The translations under genes were made by a program, and so were the position numbers. A model generated the notes under the pieces. It was not told where the DNA came from. It saw only the letters and a list, made by a program, of their open reading frames with translations, and did no database searches. Shown piece by piece: positions 12,461 through 27,600 of a stretch of DNA of 64,000 bases. Source of the stretch: Tubiluchus corallicola (lineage: Eukaryota > Animalia > Priapulida). Within the stretch, counting starts at the first letter, position 1. Each line of letters starts with the position of its first letter. Where the stretch lies: assembly GCA_030141605.1 (NCBI GenBank), contig JAQGDQ010000036.1:744001-808000 (forward strand), in the 5' to 3' direction.

Positions 12461-12571
12461 GGTGATGTCTGTCTGGATTAATTAACACGCTCTGTGGGCA
12501 TACATATTTTACTTTTTATATTTTGCTGTTTTAGTGCATATATATGACTACAGAGTGCTGAGAATAAAAGG

Positions 12572-12671
12572 ATGTTGCTAAAACTCACCATTTTGGTGAT
12601 TTTTGCGGTCCTGAGCTGGACGTCAAGCCAGGAAACGTCCACGACACGTTCTCAGACGACATCTACACCAA
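12572..12671 (+). CDS. LRP2: LRP2-like exon 1 (signal peptide + S/T-rich linker)
   Basis: [33 protein letters not shown]|gtaagt; phase 1 matches the next exon. Confidence 0.8.
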
Positions 12672-15600
12672 GTAAGTTTGGATATATGTGCGTCTACAAC
12701 AATATAATTATGTTCAACAATCATTACTTCTTACCAGGTACAGTAGGCCCAACGTCATTTCTAAAACGGCAATTTATTAATAATAAAATACTACTGTAGT
12801 ATAAGCTACTTTTTGTTGCAGGGTCTCCATGCGTATATTTCGTTTCGTTTTTAATTAGGTTTCTTAATCTCAGCAACGCTGAGAAATTGAGAAATGCTGT
12901 AATACAGTACACCTTCGATCACGATGTAGTGCGAAATTGTAGAAAAAAATGCGAATACTTAAGATCTTACAGTACTATTTATATCAACAAGAATGAACTA
13001 TTTATGTATTTTGAATTCCAAGATTGTTGATTAGGTCTAAATCTGCCTAATGTTTGCTGGGTATTTCTATCATCAACAATAATCTGTTGCCGGCAAGGAT
13101 TAATTCGAGGTTCAGTAGACTTTTGTACATGTACATGGGTTTGTAAAAAATGCTGTGTATTTCTTATTTTTTACCGAACTGCTTAACGTCAGCATTTTGG
13201 ACTAATAACATCCAGAAAGGTGACCGCATATTTTTGCCCCACTGTTTACATTAAAACATATACAATTATAATACTGTACATTAAAACATAAACAATTTAT
13301 AATACTGTACAGTGTGCGTGGTTTGCAAAATAAATGTAGTTGGTTTCTCGTGCATGGAAGAAGCTGTATGATGCGGTTGATGTTTCTGCATTATGTTGAA
13401 ATTTAGCAACAATGTTAAAACGAAATTTTGTGACAACATCGTGATAAAAACATGCAAATAAGAACTGTCATTTTGGCGTAAATCCATAGAGCCTATGCTT
13501 ACAACACGCATCACTTCACACATGATCTATTTTCTGCTTTTTTTGCAAGGTATAAATGTATAATGAAATGCCAAAATGTCTGTCAATGTAATAGCGACGT
13601 ATGCCACTTGGGTTTTCAGTTGATTCGTTCCTTTCTGTAAGTCTTACTGAGGCAAAATAAGTTTTATACACACACGTAACACCAGTCCTGGCCTTTTGAA
13701 GGGACCTTTCTTTCCCTTATCTTAATAAAACTTATTCCACAATAGACAATAGCTGATGTGACATCACACGTGTTTGGCTATTTGCCATGAGGAATTTTCG
13801 TCAAATACAGGTTCTCACGACCGCTTAGTTGTTACGCTTTGTTGAGATAAATTAGTAGCTACAGACCCGGATGTTTTTCTGCTTTATTGGGCCTCAAGTA
13901 GAAAATGCGCTGGTTCTTAGAAACACGCTTGCATCCTCAAATTGCTTGCAGATTGGAAATTTTCTTTTTTGCTAACTATATGTAATAACCTCATGTAACT
14001 AACTATAAGTTCTCTGACGTTTTTGCTAGGCTTTGTTGGAAACAAACCCGTATATCGAAATTTTTGAGGCACGCACATTGGTAATTTAAAATACTCTTCT
14101 CTGTTTAACACAAGCGACAAATCTTGTGAATTCTCCGGTATGTGTTTTCTGTTAGGCAAGAAAGTGCCACTAGTGAGTGCCATCCATCGACAAGAAAGAA
14201 ACGACAGGAATAACTAGGCTATAAATCTGTAATCTTTGAGATTATTGTCTATTTGAGATGAGTGGCAACTTTTCCGCTGTTGAAAATTATGTTTTTGGCT
14301 AAACATGTCTTTATACACGACTGACTTTAAAATCCTCATTAAAGTACAGTAACTGATTGGCTGTAGGTCAAGTAGGCAAACAAACACTTTGGAAATCTGC
14401 AACTGTGAAAATTAAGCTGGGCTTTGTCGATGAATATATCAGTCTTCAGATTAAGAGAAATTGTCATAAATCGGTCAGGTACAGTACAAGCCTACTCGTG
14501 AAATTTATATCTACGAGCGAACAACGAAAATATTGTCATGAGTTGATTTCGTCTTTTCTTAAATTCCTGTATTCGTGAAAACGCGCAGATTATTAGGCTA
14601 GTATTAAGGCCTTTGGCAAGTTAATCTGTCATTCGGAATCAGTCAACCGTTTTTCGTACTACTGACCTCACAAACCCTGCTGATGCTGAATAGTGCAAGC
14701 ATATTCATAGACGCATATGTATGCAAAAGTTGACTGTGTATAGAATAAATTATTGATTAACCAGTTTTAGTACTTAATTGAATGTTGTTAATTTAGGTTG
14801 CTATAAAAATGATCAATTCGTAGTACAAACCAAATAAATCAGATACACATACACACGGCAATCGATGTAATTTATGTTAATAATGATTATATTGGCCAAT
14901 AGTAATTTATTGATAAATTTTTCATATAGATATTTACAGTAGATCATTTGTAAAGTTCAGTTAATTTCGCAAAACGCGAGTTTATATTTACGTATAATTA
15001 GCTAAACTTTGGCGACCGTGCGTTTTGCAATGGATTAGACCTATACGTCTATTGTTTGGTGCAAAATAACTTCGCAAAATCATTTTTGCTTCCTTGTAAC
15101 AGTTGTTAACAAATTAATTTAGAATTATGAAAACTGTTCGACCACTTGAAACCGGTTTTGTTCTCTTTCCATCACTTTTGTGTATATCTCTAATGTGTAT
15201 TACATAAACACTAATGGCATGTGCAGTTGCTAAACGAAATTTCCATGGGTGGAAATGCATTTTGATTTTTGTGCAAACTCTTGTGCACTAAGGTGCAGTT
15301 CCGGTCAAAGTCAACTGCATTTCAAAGTTTTTAAAATCTCATGTAATAGGTCCATGTTTGTATCAAGGAAAATATGTAACTCAAGCGTACACCTAGGCAA
15401 ACACTCCCGCAAATTGTTTATTAATGCTAATCAAATTGCAGTAATCTAGTTGATGTGGTTACTGGCACTCAGGGCAGCTTTCGCCTATTCTTATGGGCTT
15501 GATTATGCCGTGGGCCTATTCTCACTGAGAAGTTAACTAAACATGTATGTAGTATGTTTGAACAATGGGGTTAAGATAAGTTTATCTGTTGTTACAGTTG

Positions 15601-18600
15601 TTGTCTGTATCTTAGAAAACGTGCCCAGTATTGCTAACTTTTGACATGGGCGAACAGATTTTATGCTGGTATGCCTAAGATTGCGTTTGACCATTCATGA
15701 TTGCTTTTAGGATCTTGCATCTTGCAATTGTGTGATAATTATTTTACGTTCGCAAATTTGATCTAGCGCTTTCGAGTATATAATACATATTGTATTATAA
15801 TAGCAACTTATACTGTATTGTAACTTGTTAAAGTGTCAGGCTTTGCATTAACTTTATAAAGGCACAGTCATATTGTTCATCATGTCGACAGTTTAATCAA
15901 CAACATTTTGATAATTCCTAATACTATTACATAGACCAGTAGGCCCGAGTTCATAATAAATGTAGCGCATTATTGTTGTAACTTAAAATTAAAAACCGTC
16001 GCAAAATGTAGGAATTGTATAATTTGTGTCAGATTAGGTCAGCAAAAGGTTATTGGAACCGGCAATTATTGGATGTATCTGGGTGCGTACGATGTTCACC
16101 GTTCTTAAGCACCGTATACGGTATTATATTGGACAATGTGATATCAATGCAATAAAAGCATGTGTAGGGGCTATGGCTATTGAAAATGGCTTCTTGCAGC
16201 TGCATTTTATAGCTGTTTATAGTACAATACTCATTTAAACTATGAACTGCTGGCTGTACGTTTAAAATTACATTACATTCTCTTCTGTTTCGGTGTTCCA
16301 TGTATGTATAGTGGGTCATTGTACCACACGCAGAGCCCTGCGGCAAGCAGTTAAAATAATCGGGGTTAGTTAAGAATGCAGCTGACTTTGCAGTTAAAGA
16401 TACTGTCTTTAAATGCATGCTGTTAATTTAATCACAACTCCGTTTTGGGAGTTTAGGTAAAAAGTTCCAGTTCACATACGTGGCACAGGATACCCAATTT
16501 TGGACGCTAAAAATAATTTGGATTGCATCCCTTGATACATGTAAGAAGAGTAACAAAAATGAATACACTATGCCAGCGACATCGATGCAACATGTTACCT
16601 CTAGTGAAATGCGTATTATTGTGTAAAAATTAATTGCACAAATGAACCTTGTTAAACCATCCACTTTTTCATCTAAATTATACTCACTGAATACATTTAC
16701 CCTGTGATTGCACTAAATTACTTTACAGTACTAAATATTACACGGCTCGCAGTTCACTCATCTACCTACAGCTTGCAGATAATTGTATTTATATTTTACG
16801 TCCAGTGAATACTAATAAGCAATAAAACCTTACTACGGAAGTAAATTGTGCTGGGCAGCTTTTGGATACGTAACAGTATATACGTTTTTATATAAACCCT
16901 TTCATATCATTAGTACTTCTATTGAAAAAATGTTGTGAAGTGAATTGGTGGTCACTTTTATATCGTAATGTGAAAATATCCGCGCTTTAATAAACCACGG
17001 CTGTACAGCCTGTAAATCTGTGTCGAAAATTCCTGTAATAACGTTTATTATTGCCGCCTGAACTGCGCACTTTAGTTATAGAGCGCCTAGGGCTGATAAC
17101 AAAATATGTAGTAATGCAGCGGAGCGTGCAGAACTATGCGTGGGTCAGCAGACATTTACCTCAGCCACCTTTACCACGTCCCAGTAATGCCATTGTAATC
17201 AACGCTATAAGCGTCAATGACCATATTCGTTTTGTATATTGATAAGCTTCCTGTTGAGCTAGAAAAGCGCAGAAAAACCTATACAGTGCACAGTCACTAG
17301 GACCAGCGTTAGGTGAATAAATAAAACATATGTAGACATGTTACTTGTTATTGTATACATGTTTTGCAATAATAATGATCCTAGGGCTATAATAAATTGT
17401 TAACAGCCACTATACTGAACGGTAATATATTGTGGATTTCTGGTGTGGCAGCTGCAGTAAATTCAAAACATTTACTCATTTAATGCACCTTTTAACGCCA
17501 GACAATTTTTTTCGAAAAAACGCAACGTTATTATGTGAGCTACTTATTAGCCTCCACTGCTAATGTTGTCTGTTAAACGAGCGGACGATAAATAAATGTC
17601 TTTGCATTTGTGATACAAACTTGACAGCCATTTTTAGGCTCAAGCCTGCGCAACGGACTAATAGTAGAAATAAAAATAATGTTATATGGGGTAATATCAT
17701 TTGACTTTAACCAAACTCCATCTTCGCATACACCAATCGACAAGCCAGACAAGGGTGTCACTTAGGTCTTTAACGTAAAAAATAGATATATATCACACAA
17801 ATAATAAAATTTATGAAACGGCGTAATTGTTTTGTTTTGTCAAGCACCGTCTGATTTTGGTTCTTTTGATTCATTTGTAAAACGAATTTAATGTATAAGG
17901 CCAAAATGGTTTGGTTAACTATATTATACTTGTCTACGTCGCACCATACAGTGCAAAAAATCCTTCAGTGTTGCTAATTTACTGTGCCTTATGCCCTAGA
18001 GCGGCAGGCCAAAAACATCCCTAAGTGTCTTGCTTCAGAAAAACTTTGTATCAGATGTCTAACTTGTCACATTACAGAAAACCAGTTTTTTAGGTGTCAG
18101 TTACTTGGATAATAACGTTGAGACGATAAAATCTCATTTAGAAAGGATACAAATACATTTTTGTGCTCACACAAAAATTTCATGTAGGACATGATTCCGG
18201 GTACTATCATTCGCAAGAATCATGACAGTTACCAAAGTCAACTGGACGCATTGAAAAGTTCGTTCCCTGATGCTTCTGTGTGAGAAATGGCCAGGTATAT
18301 TTGTAAAAGGTCTTCTACACCCAACACCAATTCAAGCAAAGTAGCACTTCAAATTGAGAGGCTGCTTTTTTGGGATGCTTTTTAATAGTATTTTAGTCAA
18401 TTCACTGAAGTCGTTTTTAATGTCAACACATGTTGGAAATTTAATTGCCTTTGAATTTCGACATCTAATAGGCCAAGACGTTTCTTGACTGTTTCCAAAT
18501 ATCATAACGTTTTATGAGTTTTCTCATAAATAATTGAACTCATTTGTCCCCTAATGTTCTCGAAAACTTACTAATATCGGGTTGCTTCGTTTGTGCGTGG

Positions 18601-21600
18601 TACTGTTGTTGACGATCTGTTCTGTTATGTTTGGTCACTAGATCATATATACCATAGTATATGACTGTAATCAGAGTGGAATGAATAGAGTAGAATAGAA
18701 TACAATAAAAATATATAATAGAATACAAAAGAGCAGGTGCTGATGGTGCCGCTTAATAAACGCCTGACGTTACTTTTTAACATTCTCAATCTCCTGTAAT
18801 ACCATGAAGTAATTTAAAATTAGAACAGATTTGGGTCAAGCCACATTTGTATGATCGTTTACAACATGTAGTGTTTCCCAGAAGTTTTACAGACATGCCA
18901 CAGACCGAAACTCGCAGGAAAAATTAAGATTTTGGGGATCTTGCTTTTATGCAAGTATGAGCTGCATAACATCCGTGCGCGTGCGATCTATTAGTGTGAG
19001 CACTTATTTTATCGACAAACATCACGCCTGTGTTTATCTAATTATTTTAATGACTCAGTGAGCTACTTATTACAGGCAATTAGTAATGTAGTTTATTATA
19101 GAATCAGCTTGTTATATACTAATACAAATTACTGATAAATAGACTGTTAATTTATGTATTCATGTCCGTCTATCTGAAAATGGGATTCTGATAGTCATAT
19201 AAGCTTATTTAATTTGTTTCACAAGAAATGGACCTATGACATTATTATTTTACTGATGATTTTATATATCCATTTGTTAACCAGCCACTTTTATTATTAA
19301 TAAAGGTAAGCATTCAGTTTTGTTGACTTGAATACATGTAAGCCGTCTTTGGCATATACGCCAGCGACCCGGTACAGTCTGTATGACTTGCGCAGAAGTA
19401 ACAGAAGCAATTCGACTATAGTGTTAATCTGCAAATTCTGTATTCCAAACAACTCAGGTAACAAATTGATTTGAGCTCTGCATCACGCACGCTAAGATTT
19501 CACACATAAAGCTGGATACATGATTTCTGTTCAGACATTGGTGTGATCCAAAAACTACAATTAAATTCGATAATTAGCATCACGTGCCGCTGAGTAGAAG
19601 CATGTTTACCGTAGTGTCGAATGTACGATTCCGACTTACGACGAAAAACGATCTATAAGTCAGAGGTCAGGAGGACAGTATAGGCCATTGGCATAGTTTG
19701 ATACGTTGCATTATCCAGCTTGTTATGATTGTTACCGTTTTTTGCTCATCACATTCGGCCTAACTAACATCAACACAGCAGCGTTAACAAATGAACCGAG
19801 TAATAATAATAATACGTGTAGTAGCTATTAATGTGGAACCAAGAACATGATGGAAGTTACGCTCCAGAAAGACATGGGATTATGAAGCTCGCATTCAGGT
19901 CTGATGTAGTGTTTGACCATTATTCTTCTTTTTATCTAAATTGAATTCTTTCAATTAACACTTATCGTCAATTAATTCAGTAATAATTTTAAGAGAATGC
20001 TGTCACACATGCTGTAGACATCTTGGTACCATTGTACATTAATGTGGAAAAATGAAGGAGGCTGAAATAATTCACCCTACATGTACCTTAAGCGATAGTA
20101 TAGTGTTATCTCAACCGCCAACTCGTGAACTTGAACGTTAATTTTGTCGCTCGCTATGTAATTATTATCAGGACTTTGGATCAGAACTTGGTTGCCGGTG
20201 TGAGTTTACTGGGTTCGTTGCCATGTTTCATTGTAAAGAAACTGGTTTCCGTGTATATTCATGTAGATATTGTTAAGTGAAATCTGTGAACTGTGATGTT
20301 TTTTACTGCCCGCCATGCACATTAGCGAGTTAGTTGAACAATTATAGAAATTTGGCTGGCAGCAGCAATTTTTTTCTTCCATGTCTTAGCCAGTACATTT
20401 TGCTACAAACCTCTAAAAACCGCAAGCGGGGTGACTGGAATGAAAGGTTACAGGTAGCGGTAGATTCTGTGGAAACTTTGATAATGTCATAGTGACGAAA
20501 CATGTGAATACATGTATACCATGAATATGCAATTTATTGCTGTGTCTGTCCATTCTTGTAAATTTGGGTCCTTTTGCTATTTAGTAACAACAAAATGTCT
20601 TTTAGTTTCTGATGGCAAGGGAAGTCATTGCATACCACCCTCATTTCTGTGCCGTGCTGACAACAGCTGTCTTCCCCTATCATGGCAATGTGATGGAGAT
20701 AGTGACTGTTCCGATGGTTTAGATGAGAAAAATTGCAGTAAGTACTCATGTGCACATGTAATAATGTGAATTCTTGATGTCTATTTTAGAAACATGTTCT
20801 CCTACGGAACTTCAGTGTCCTGATGGCAGTTGTATATCAGTAACATGGGCATGTGATGGTGACAATGACTGTAGCTGTCCAGAGGGCACCACGTGTAACA
20901 AGACGTTTGACGAACTGAACTGCAGTGAGTAGAGAATGTAACAGTGTCTTATACAACTGCCTTTATTATTCATGTAAAAGTTGCAATCAAAGCAAAATAA
21001 CATCCTTGCACATTAAATGACTCGTTTATGACAGCTGTGCACATATTTTGCTCAAATTCTTTTTAATATGAACAGCTAAAAATCAAACTCCCTCACTTTT
21101 GCACACACCAATTATTTAAATCATTTTTGTGATTAATTCCTGTTTTATTTCTTCATTCTTTATACGAAATGCAATGCAGTAGAACTAGCTCCAAACTTTT
21201 CATCAGCTCATCATAAAATTATTAGTCAATCTTCTCCCTAATTTTTCATTATAAGCTGCATTTAGTTTAAGGGCACCAAATAAACAACTCTGAGTTCACT
21301 GAATCATATTGAATCTTAATAATTATAGAATGTATTGCTGGATCTCTTACTGACTCCTCAGCAAGTTGTGGACAATGCTAGTGTGAGGGACCATGGTTCA
21401 TCAAGAATTAAGTTTTCCTGAATTTTAGTCACATCACATTTAATTCTCTTGCCCACTTTGAAAAGATTTCCTCTGCAATGTTCAAACATGGCAAATAACA
21501 GAGCACTGCTAATTAGTGTATTTGACTGTTTATTTCACCTAGTAATTCGCTTCCTTTTTGTGTACATGGATAAGCGTATATCATCGAAAACAAAAATAAC

Positions 21601-24600
21601 AAGATGACAAGGTACTCTGTCAGTACCATTTTGTTTTGTGACTTTGCACAGTGCATACAAGTACATTCGTCTTCACCACCATCAACTGTACCTTACATCT
21701 AGTATTTAGTGTCCATATTATGTGTACATCTGTCGTGTGCATGAAGTCGGAGTTTAAATTGTTTTAGTACCGTTTAAATTGTAATTATGGAAAGCTGAGC
21801 AAAGATTGGTTTGATCACCAATTTTCTTGATCTGAATATGTGTGTATTATGTGCTTTACTAGAGATCTCGCTGGTCTGTCGTAGAATTTCTATTCTCTGC
21901 CATACCACATTGCCCCCTTTTGCATACTTCAGGCAAACAATAGGTGTCAGAGACATGCAAAAAGGACTTCTCCGGTCAGCAAAAACAAATGAATTGAAAT
22001 TTTTACGTGGTATTCTAGTTCAATTATTAATGTATCAATTTTCACAGCATAGTTAAAGTACAGTTGGTGTGGTAAAATTTGCACGTATGTTTTGCTGTAA
22101 AATGAAAAATTTATGAAACCAAATTAATGAAATTTATTAATTGTATCCTCTGAATTCTGATGATGCCAGTTTACATTAGGTCATGTTAAGTAGAGTATAT
22201 TGTATAGTAGTGTACTGCAGAATATAGTGTAGCATATCCTACCTTTAATATTTTTCTAAAAACGGAAAGCTCGCGGGTACAATGTTGAACATTTTGGTAG
22301 GATGTGTAGAGCTCGCAACAAAACTCAGAAGCCTTGCTTCGCAAGCTGGTTGCCTATGATTGACACTGATTTCTCGATATCCTTTGCCAATTCCCATGTA
22401 ACTTAAATGAAGATAATTCATTATCACGTAGAATCAAATGCACGACATCCACATTTGACAAATTAACTGATTTAAGCAGTTTCCTTTTATAACTGCAACG
22501 AATGCAGTGCAGTCACATTTTGACTGAACAATCTATAATATGTTTTTTAATATGTATTAATAAATTAATTGTGAGGAAATTGCAAGCATGTTGAACTAAC
22601 CCGGGAAAAAAGGTTTTATAGTAATGTTCCAGTGTGAGAATAAAATTTTGTTTACTGCATGCTTTCAGTGTTATTTTCCCATCACTGACACCTAATAGTT
22701 CTCTTCTCGAATTATGCTTATATTATATATATTTTTAAAGTGGTTTCGCTAGATATAAGCAGAGAGAGTGGCGTTATACTCAACTATCATATACAGTATC
22801 AAATGATATCTCTCTGCCCTGGGAGTCTGCCTTTCAGGATCTTGTAATTCAGAAGAGGCATAAAGACTGAAACTTTTTCAAGGTTCTTTCAGACTTGGAA
22901 TCGCTTTATATTCGAGAATAGTACTGGACTTCTAGTTTATCAGCGTACTAATCTTAACTGGGTATATGCATGATGTCAAAGGCAGTTGTGTAATTACATA
23001 GTTACATTGTCCACTAATGCTGGCGTAGAGCAATTAATAAAGTAATAAATTATTAGTAGTGTGATATTTAAAACATTAATCTCTCCAGGCAATCATGTGT
23101 TTCTCTCTGTTAACACGTTTCTTTTCTGTTAGCACAGGTCCTGTTATAACATGAGTAAGCTTAATTTCAGTGTTTAACAGCTATCCTCTAATTAATGCGA
23201 AAAGACTATTTGTTTGATTACCCAAAACAGAAATTTGCTGTACAAATGCAAAATTGCATAGTCACGTTCGATAAATGGGTATTGCTTTTGGTGCTGCTGC
23301 AATAAAAGAAGTAGCATTTGGGAAGGTTGCACAGTTGATAGAAGCACCTGCTTCATTTGTCTTGAATGCTGGTCATTTTACTGTTTACATGTGGTCATAT
23401 CTTTAATTCAGGATACATACATTTTTGCTGTAATAGAAAGTAAGATAAATTTTGACATCTCGAGAAATCAATTGTGTGGTTTAGGCCACATGTAGACTTG
23501 TATTCACTCATTACTTTGATTCTGATAATGATTTCTGAATAATTTTCAGTATTGCAGCTTGGCCACTGTGCCGAATGCCATGTCTGATTGCCAGTTTAGT
23601 TTTTTTATTTGTATCTTTTGCAACACATCATTTAAAGCCTTCCAATTCGTGTTTGACATACAGGTAGAAAGTGCAAAATGCCTGTTTTTTTATTCTTTTA
23701 GGTACCACAACTTGTCCGTCTGGTTATTTTAAATGTGCAAACTCTGGCCGCTGTATTGCACAGAGTTGGGTCTGTGACGAATACGACGACTGTGGAGATT
23801 ATTCAGATGAAAGGCAGAATTGTCGTAAGTAAAGGCGAATTAAACTACATTACTCAGTGTAGTTAGTTATACATGCATGAAGTATGACTGTATGAAGCAT
23901 AATTATTTAGTAATTACTTGACATTTATTAATTAATCTTAATTAATTACCTGTTAGTATTAAGTACTGGTTGTTTATTTGAACGCTTGTTTGTCTGCTGC
24001 TACTAGTGTTGATGATATTATTTTTGTCAATGTCATTCTTCTTAACAAAATTGAATGCTGATTTAGATGATAACAATGATTTTTACTTTTTTGTTTTTTT
24101 TGCTCAACTGCACAACCATTCATTATGTTAATGATTGTGAAAGCCATGAAAGATAATCCTCTAAAATTAATCTGCAAAAGTTTCGTAGCATCATTTGGAT
24201 ACAATCTGCCTCAATGAAAGCAGCCAGAGGCAATATGTCAAAAGAAAATTCCTGGAAGCAGATTTCCTCTAGGCCGCCCATCTATTTTGAGCAGGAATAG
24301 CATTGGTTAACTTTGCCATTAAAAGCACACCCATGACCACTCAATTTTCTTTTCCCCACCCAACTATTGAAGTTGGTTTTGTTCACTTCAACTTTCATGA
24401 AATTTCTCAGATTTTTTTTTTGGAAAAACTCGGTTAATCAACAACTTTGCTAAAGTGTAGATGTCGATTCTTTATTGTGAAGTCTATTTTTTAAAGGACA
24501 AGAAGGTCGTTAAACTAAGCTTCAGAAATATTAGCTTAAAGATTTATGTTACTTAGTAGCATGACCAAGGAAGCCTTCACCAGCTACCTTCATTACATAT

Positions 24601-27600
24601 GCTACGTTCGCAAGTAAAACAGTAAAGTTTGAGTCAGTACTTGCAGTTATCGCTTATAGTGTTTTAAAATATAAACCAGTTTGGCCGTATTTACAATTAA
24701 CCCGAGATGTAAGATTTTTATTATCTTCTGGTTCAGAGAAGAAAGGTTGCAAAGATACGTGAAAGGCAAATTTAGAAAATGTAATTTCAACTGAACTTTT
24801 TAGTGAGACTAAATCTTGATAATATGCATGTTTCATATTAAGATTCCTCATTAATATATTTAGTTTTTCATTTTAATAACAAAAACTTAAAATGGTTTTC
24901 TTTTTTCCAGCTGCCAAAACTTGTGATACAAATCAGTTTACATGTACAAATGGCAGCAGATGCATACCTCAGCACTGGGTATGTGACAACAAAACTGACT
25001 GTGATGATGGAAAGGATGAGGGCACTTCAGCTAGTTGTGGTAAATATGATTACACCATTAAACTAGAGATCATAATTTCTAGTTTTTATTGAATGGTATA
25101 TTTTTTCAAAATCAATAAATGTGGCAGGGATTTATATTCAAGTTATTTCTTGAACATTTGTGCAAAATCAGCTATCCATTGCTATCAATATTGTTTCATA
25201 GTGCATGTTTACAAACTTTTGTGAAATTATTTGTTTTATTTAATTATGTAAAATATTGTAAGTGGTCTATTTTTGTTCACGCGTACAATTCGAACAAAAA
25301 TTTTAATTCATTCACCACAAGTGACTTTATCTTTCGATGTGATATTTCTGCCAACAAGCTATGAGCAAACTTAACATAATCTCAATTTGACCTGTTTTTA
25401 CATAGTATTAATCACAAGTGCCCATGAGCATTTGATCTCAAGTAGCAAATTTGGCACCTGTCCTACTTCTTTAAGGAGAATTGTCTCATTACACCACTGT
25501 TGCCTTTCATGACAGGATGGCAGCACCGTAGGATGTTTTCTGTCACTGCTAGCTATTAGATGTGATTATGAATACTTGCCTGCCTCTTTCTATATTAGAA
25601 AAAAACTTGAGTGGTGGAACCTTGACAACTTCTCTTGAACTATTTGTCAAACACGTTATACAAATTTAACCATGGCAGAGATATACCACAGGGCCAAGGG
25701 GCAACATAAAAATTAAATTGTGACAAAATTGACAAAAAATGCTGAACACAGTTGAATCGTGGACCACCTTCGGTTGAAATGTAATGAATAAGGCTTTTCA
25801 CAGTTTCGTTGTGCACACATGCAGTTGATATACGTCAAAGATTAAGTGTACCCAAGCAACGCGTCTTAACTACAACTGTCACATGACATGTAGGTAAAGC
25901 AAAGGCGTCTACCACGTCAGTTCAGTAACTTCAGTTGTTTTACATGGACTCTACGCACATGCTTTAATCTGTGCGTGGAGTGATTTACTAGCAGGATCTT
26001 GCTTGGGAACAAAAAAACTGAACTAGGTAAGGTTCTATAGCTATCATTCATCCCTTTTCTTGATGATGATTTTCTTGATGACAATAGTATGGGTGGCAAG
26101 GCATTGTCAAGTCTATGCAAATGCGGTGTCTGGTACACTTAACCTTTGACTTTTTTGCAATCATCGTCAGTTGCTGGAACTGAAAAGGCTTATCAGATGA
26201 ATTAATTTTCCTGGTCAATGAGCCAAACTTCATATGCAGTTTTACTGTCCCTTATTTTTTTATTTTGTGACATCTCAACACATACCGTGTTAGTTTTTTA
26301 ATGATAAAACTAATTTTGTAACTCTTTGTAAATAGATTGTGGTGGCCCCTGGCAATCGCCTGGGGCAGTTGTCCCTTTTACCCTTGTAAATTTGTCCCTG
26401 AATCTGACATTAGTGAAAATTGTTGAAGTACTGGCATTCCAGCCACAATGTCGTATTTTTAAGTAATCTGAAAATTATGTAAGTAAGACTGTCCAAGGTT
26501 CTGTTTTCACATGTCATAATTTAATTATATGTAAAGCTAAGTTCTTTGCTGTGAAAACATAAATTTGCATTTGAATGTCGCTACTGCTTTCAAGAAATAG
26601 CAGTAATTTAAAGGGAATTGTCATGCGTGTAAATGGCTGCCAACATTTACTTTCCAAATATTTGGTGTTTTGATCATAAAACTTGCTTCAGTTGTTTAAA
26701 ACTGAAAACAAAGTGTTTAATTTGACTGGACACAGTCACGAAACATCCTGGACCAGAAAGCGATTGTGCAAGAGTATTTTTAATACTTTAAATCATTGCA
26801 ATATTTCTCATTTAATTTGCTTTTTAAAATTCTTCCCACTTATTGTATTATCATAAATTAAAAATCAGTGGAGTTGAAGAAGTGGGTTATGACAACATTA
26901 CCAAAAATGGAAACTAACTCATATCATACCATGGTATCCCTGTCCTTTTATGACCCATATGCAAAGAATGGCAGTACTTTCTCTTGGTTTTGTCGGTTTA
27001 CATCTATTTCAAGTCAGTTTTTTATTGGCGTAGAGCCTGTCATTTTGTGAGACCACTTTGTAAATGGGGGATTAATCATCTAACTTATTTTGCTTATGGT
27101 TGTGCATATTGTAAATAATATGGAATTATTATCATACTAACCATCATAACTTCAAATCAAAGTGTGTAAGTTTATGACACAGTCATATAACAGTAATTGT
27201 CATTGATTTAAATTTCAGTTAACAAGTCTTAAAAGTAAATACCATTACCTTCTTCTATTTTACTTCTTTAGTATATAGAAATTGCTTGGCAGACGATTTC
27301 AGATGTAATGATTCAGGGTTGTGTTTACCAAAAGAAAAAAAGTGCAATGGCTACTATGACTGTCGAGACGAAAGTGATGAAGCTGATTGTGGTAAGTGAT
27401 AGCTGTAGTTTGGTTATTCTCGTTCTGTTGTTGTGCATATCAACAGTTGTTTGATTATTTCAAGTAGTGGGTAGTTCAAGTGCTTAAAAGTATACATCTA
27501 GAAGAGCTAGAGCTTTTATTGTTGTTTTATTTTCACTTATTCATGTCTGTTTTGCTGCATTACTTTTTTCTAGCATGCTGTTTCTTTACTAGCTGACTTC

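Noticed and set aside
23970-24540. Possible hAT transposase C-terminal remnant on the minus strand
   Set aside because: Only vague motif resemblance across several frameshifts; not supportable without a search.
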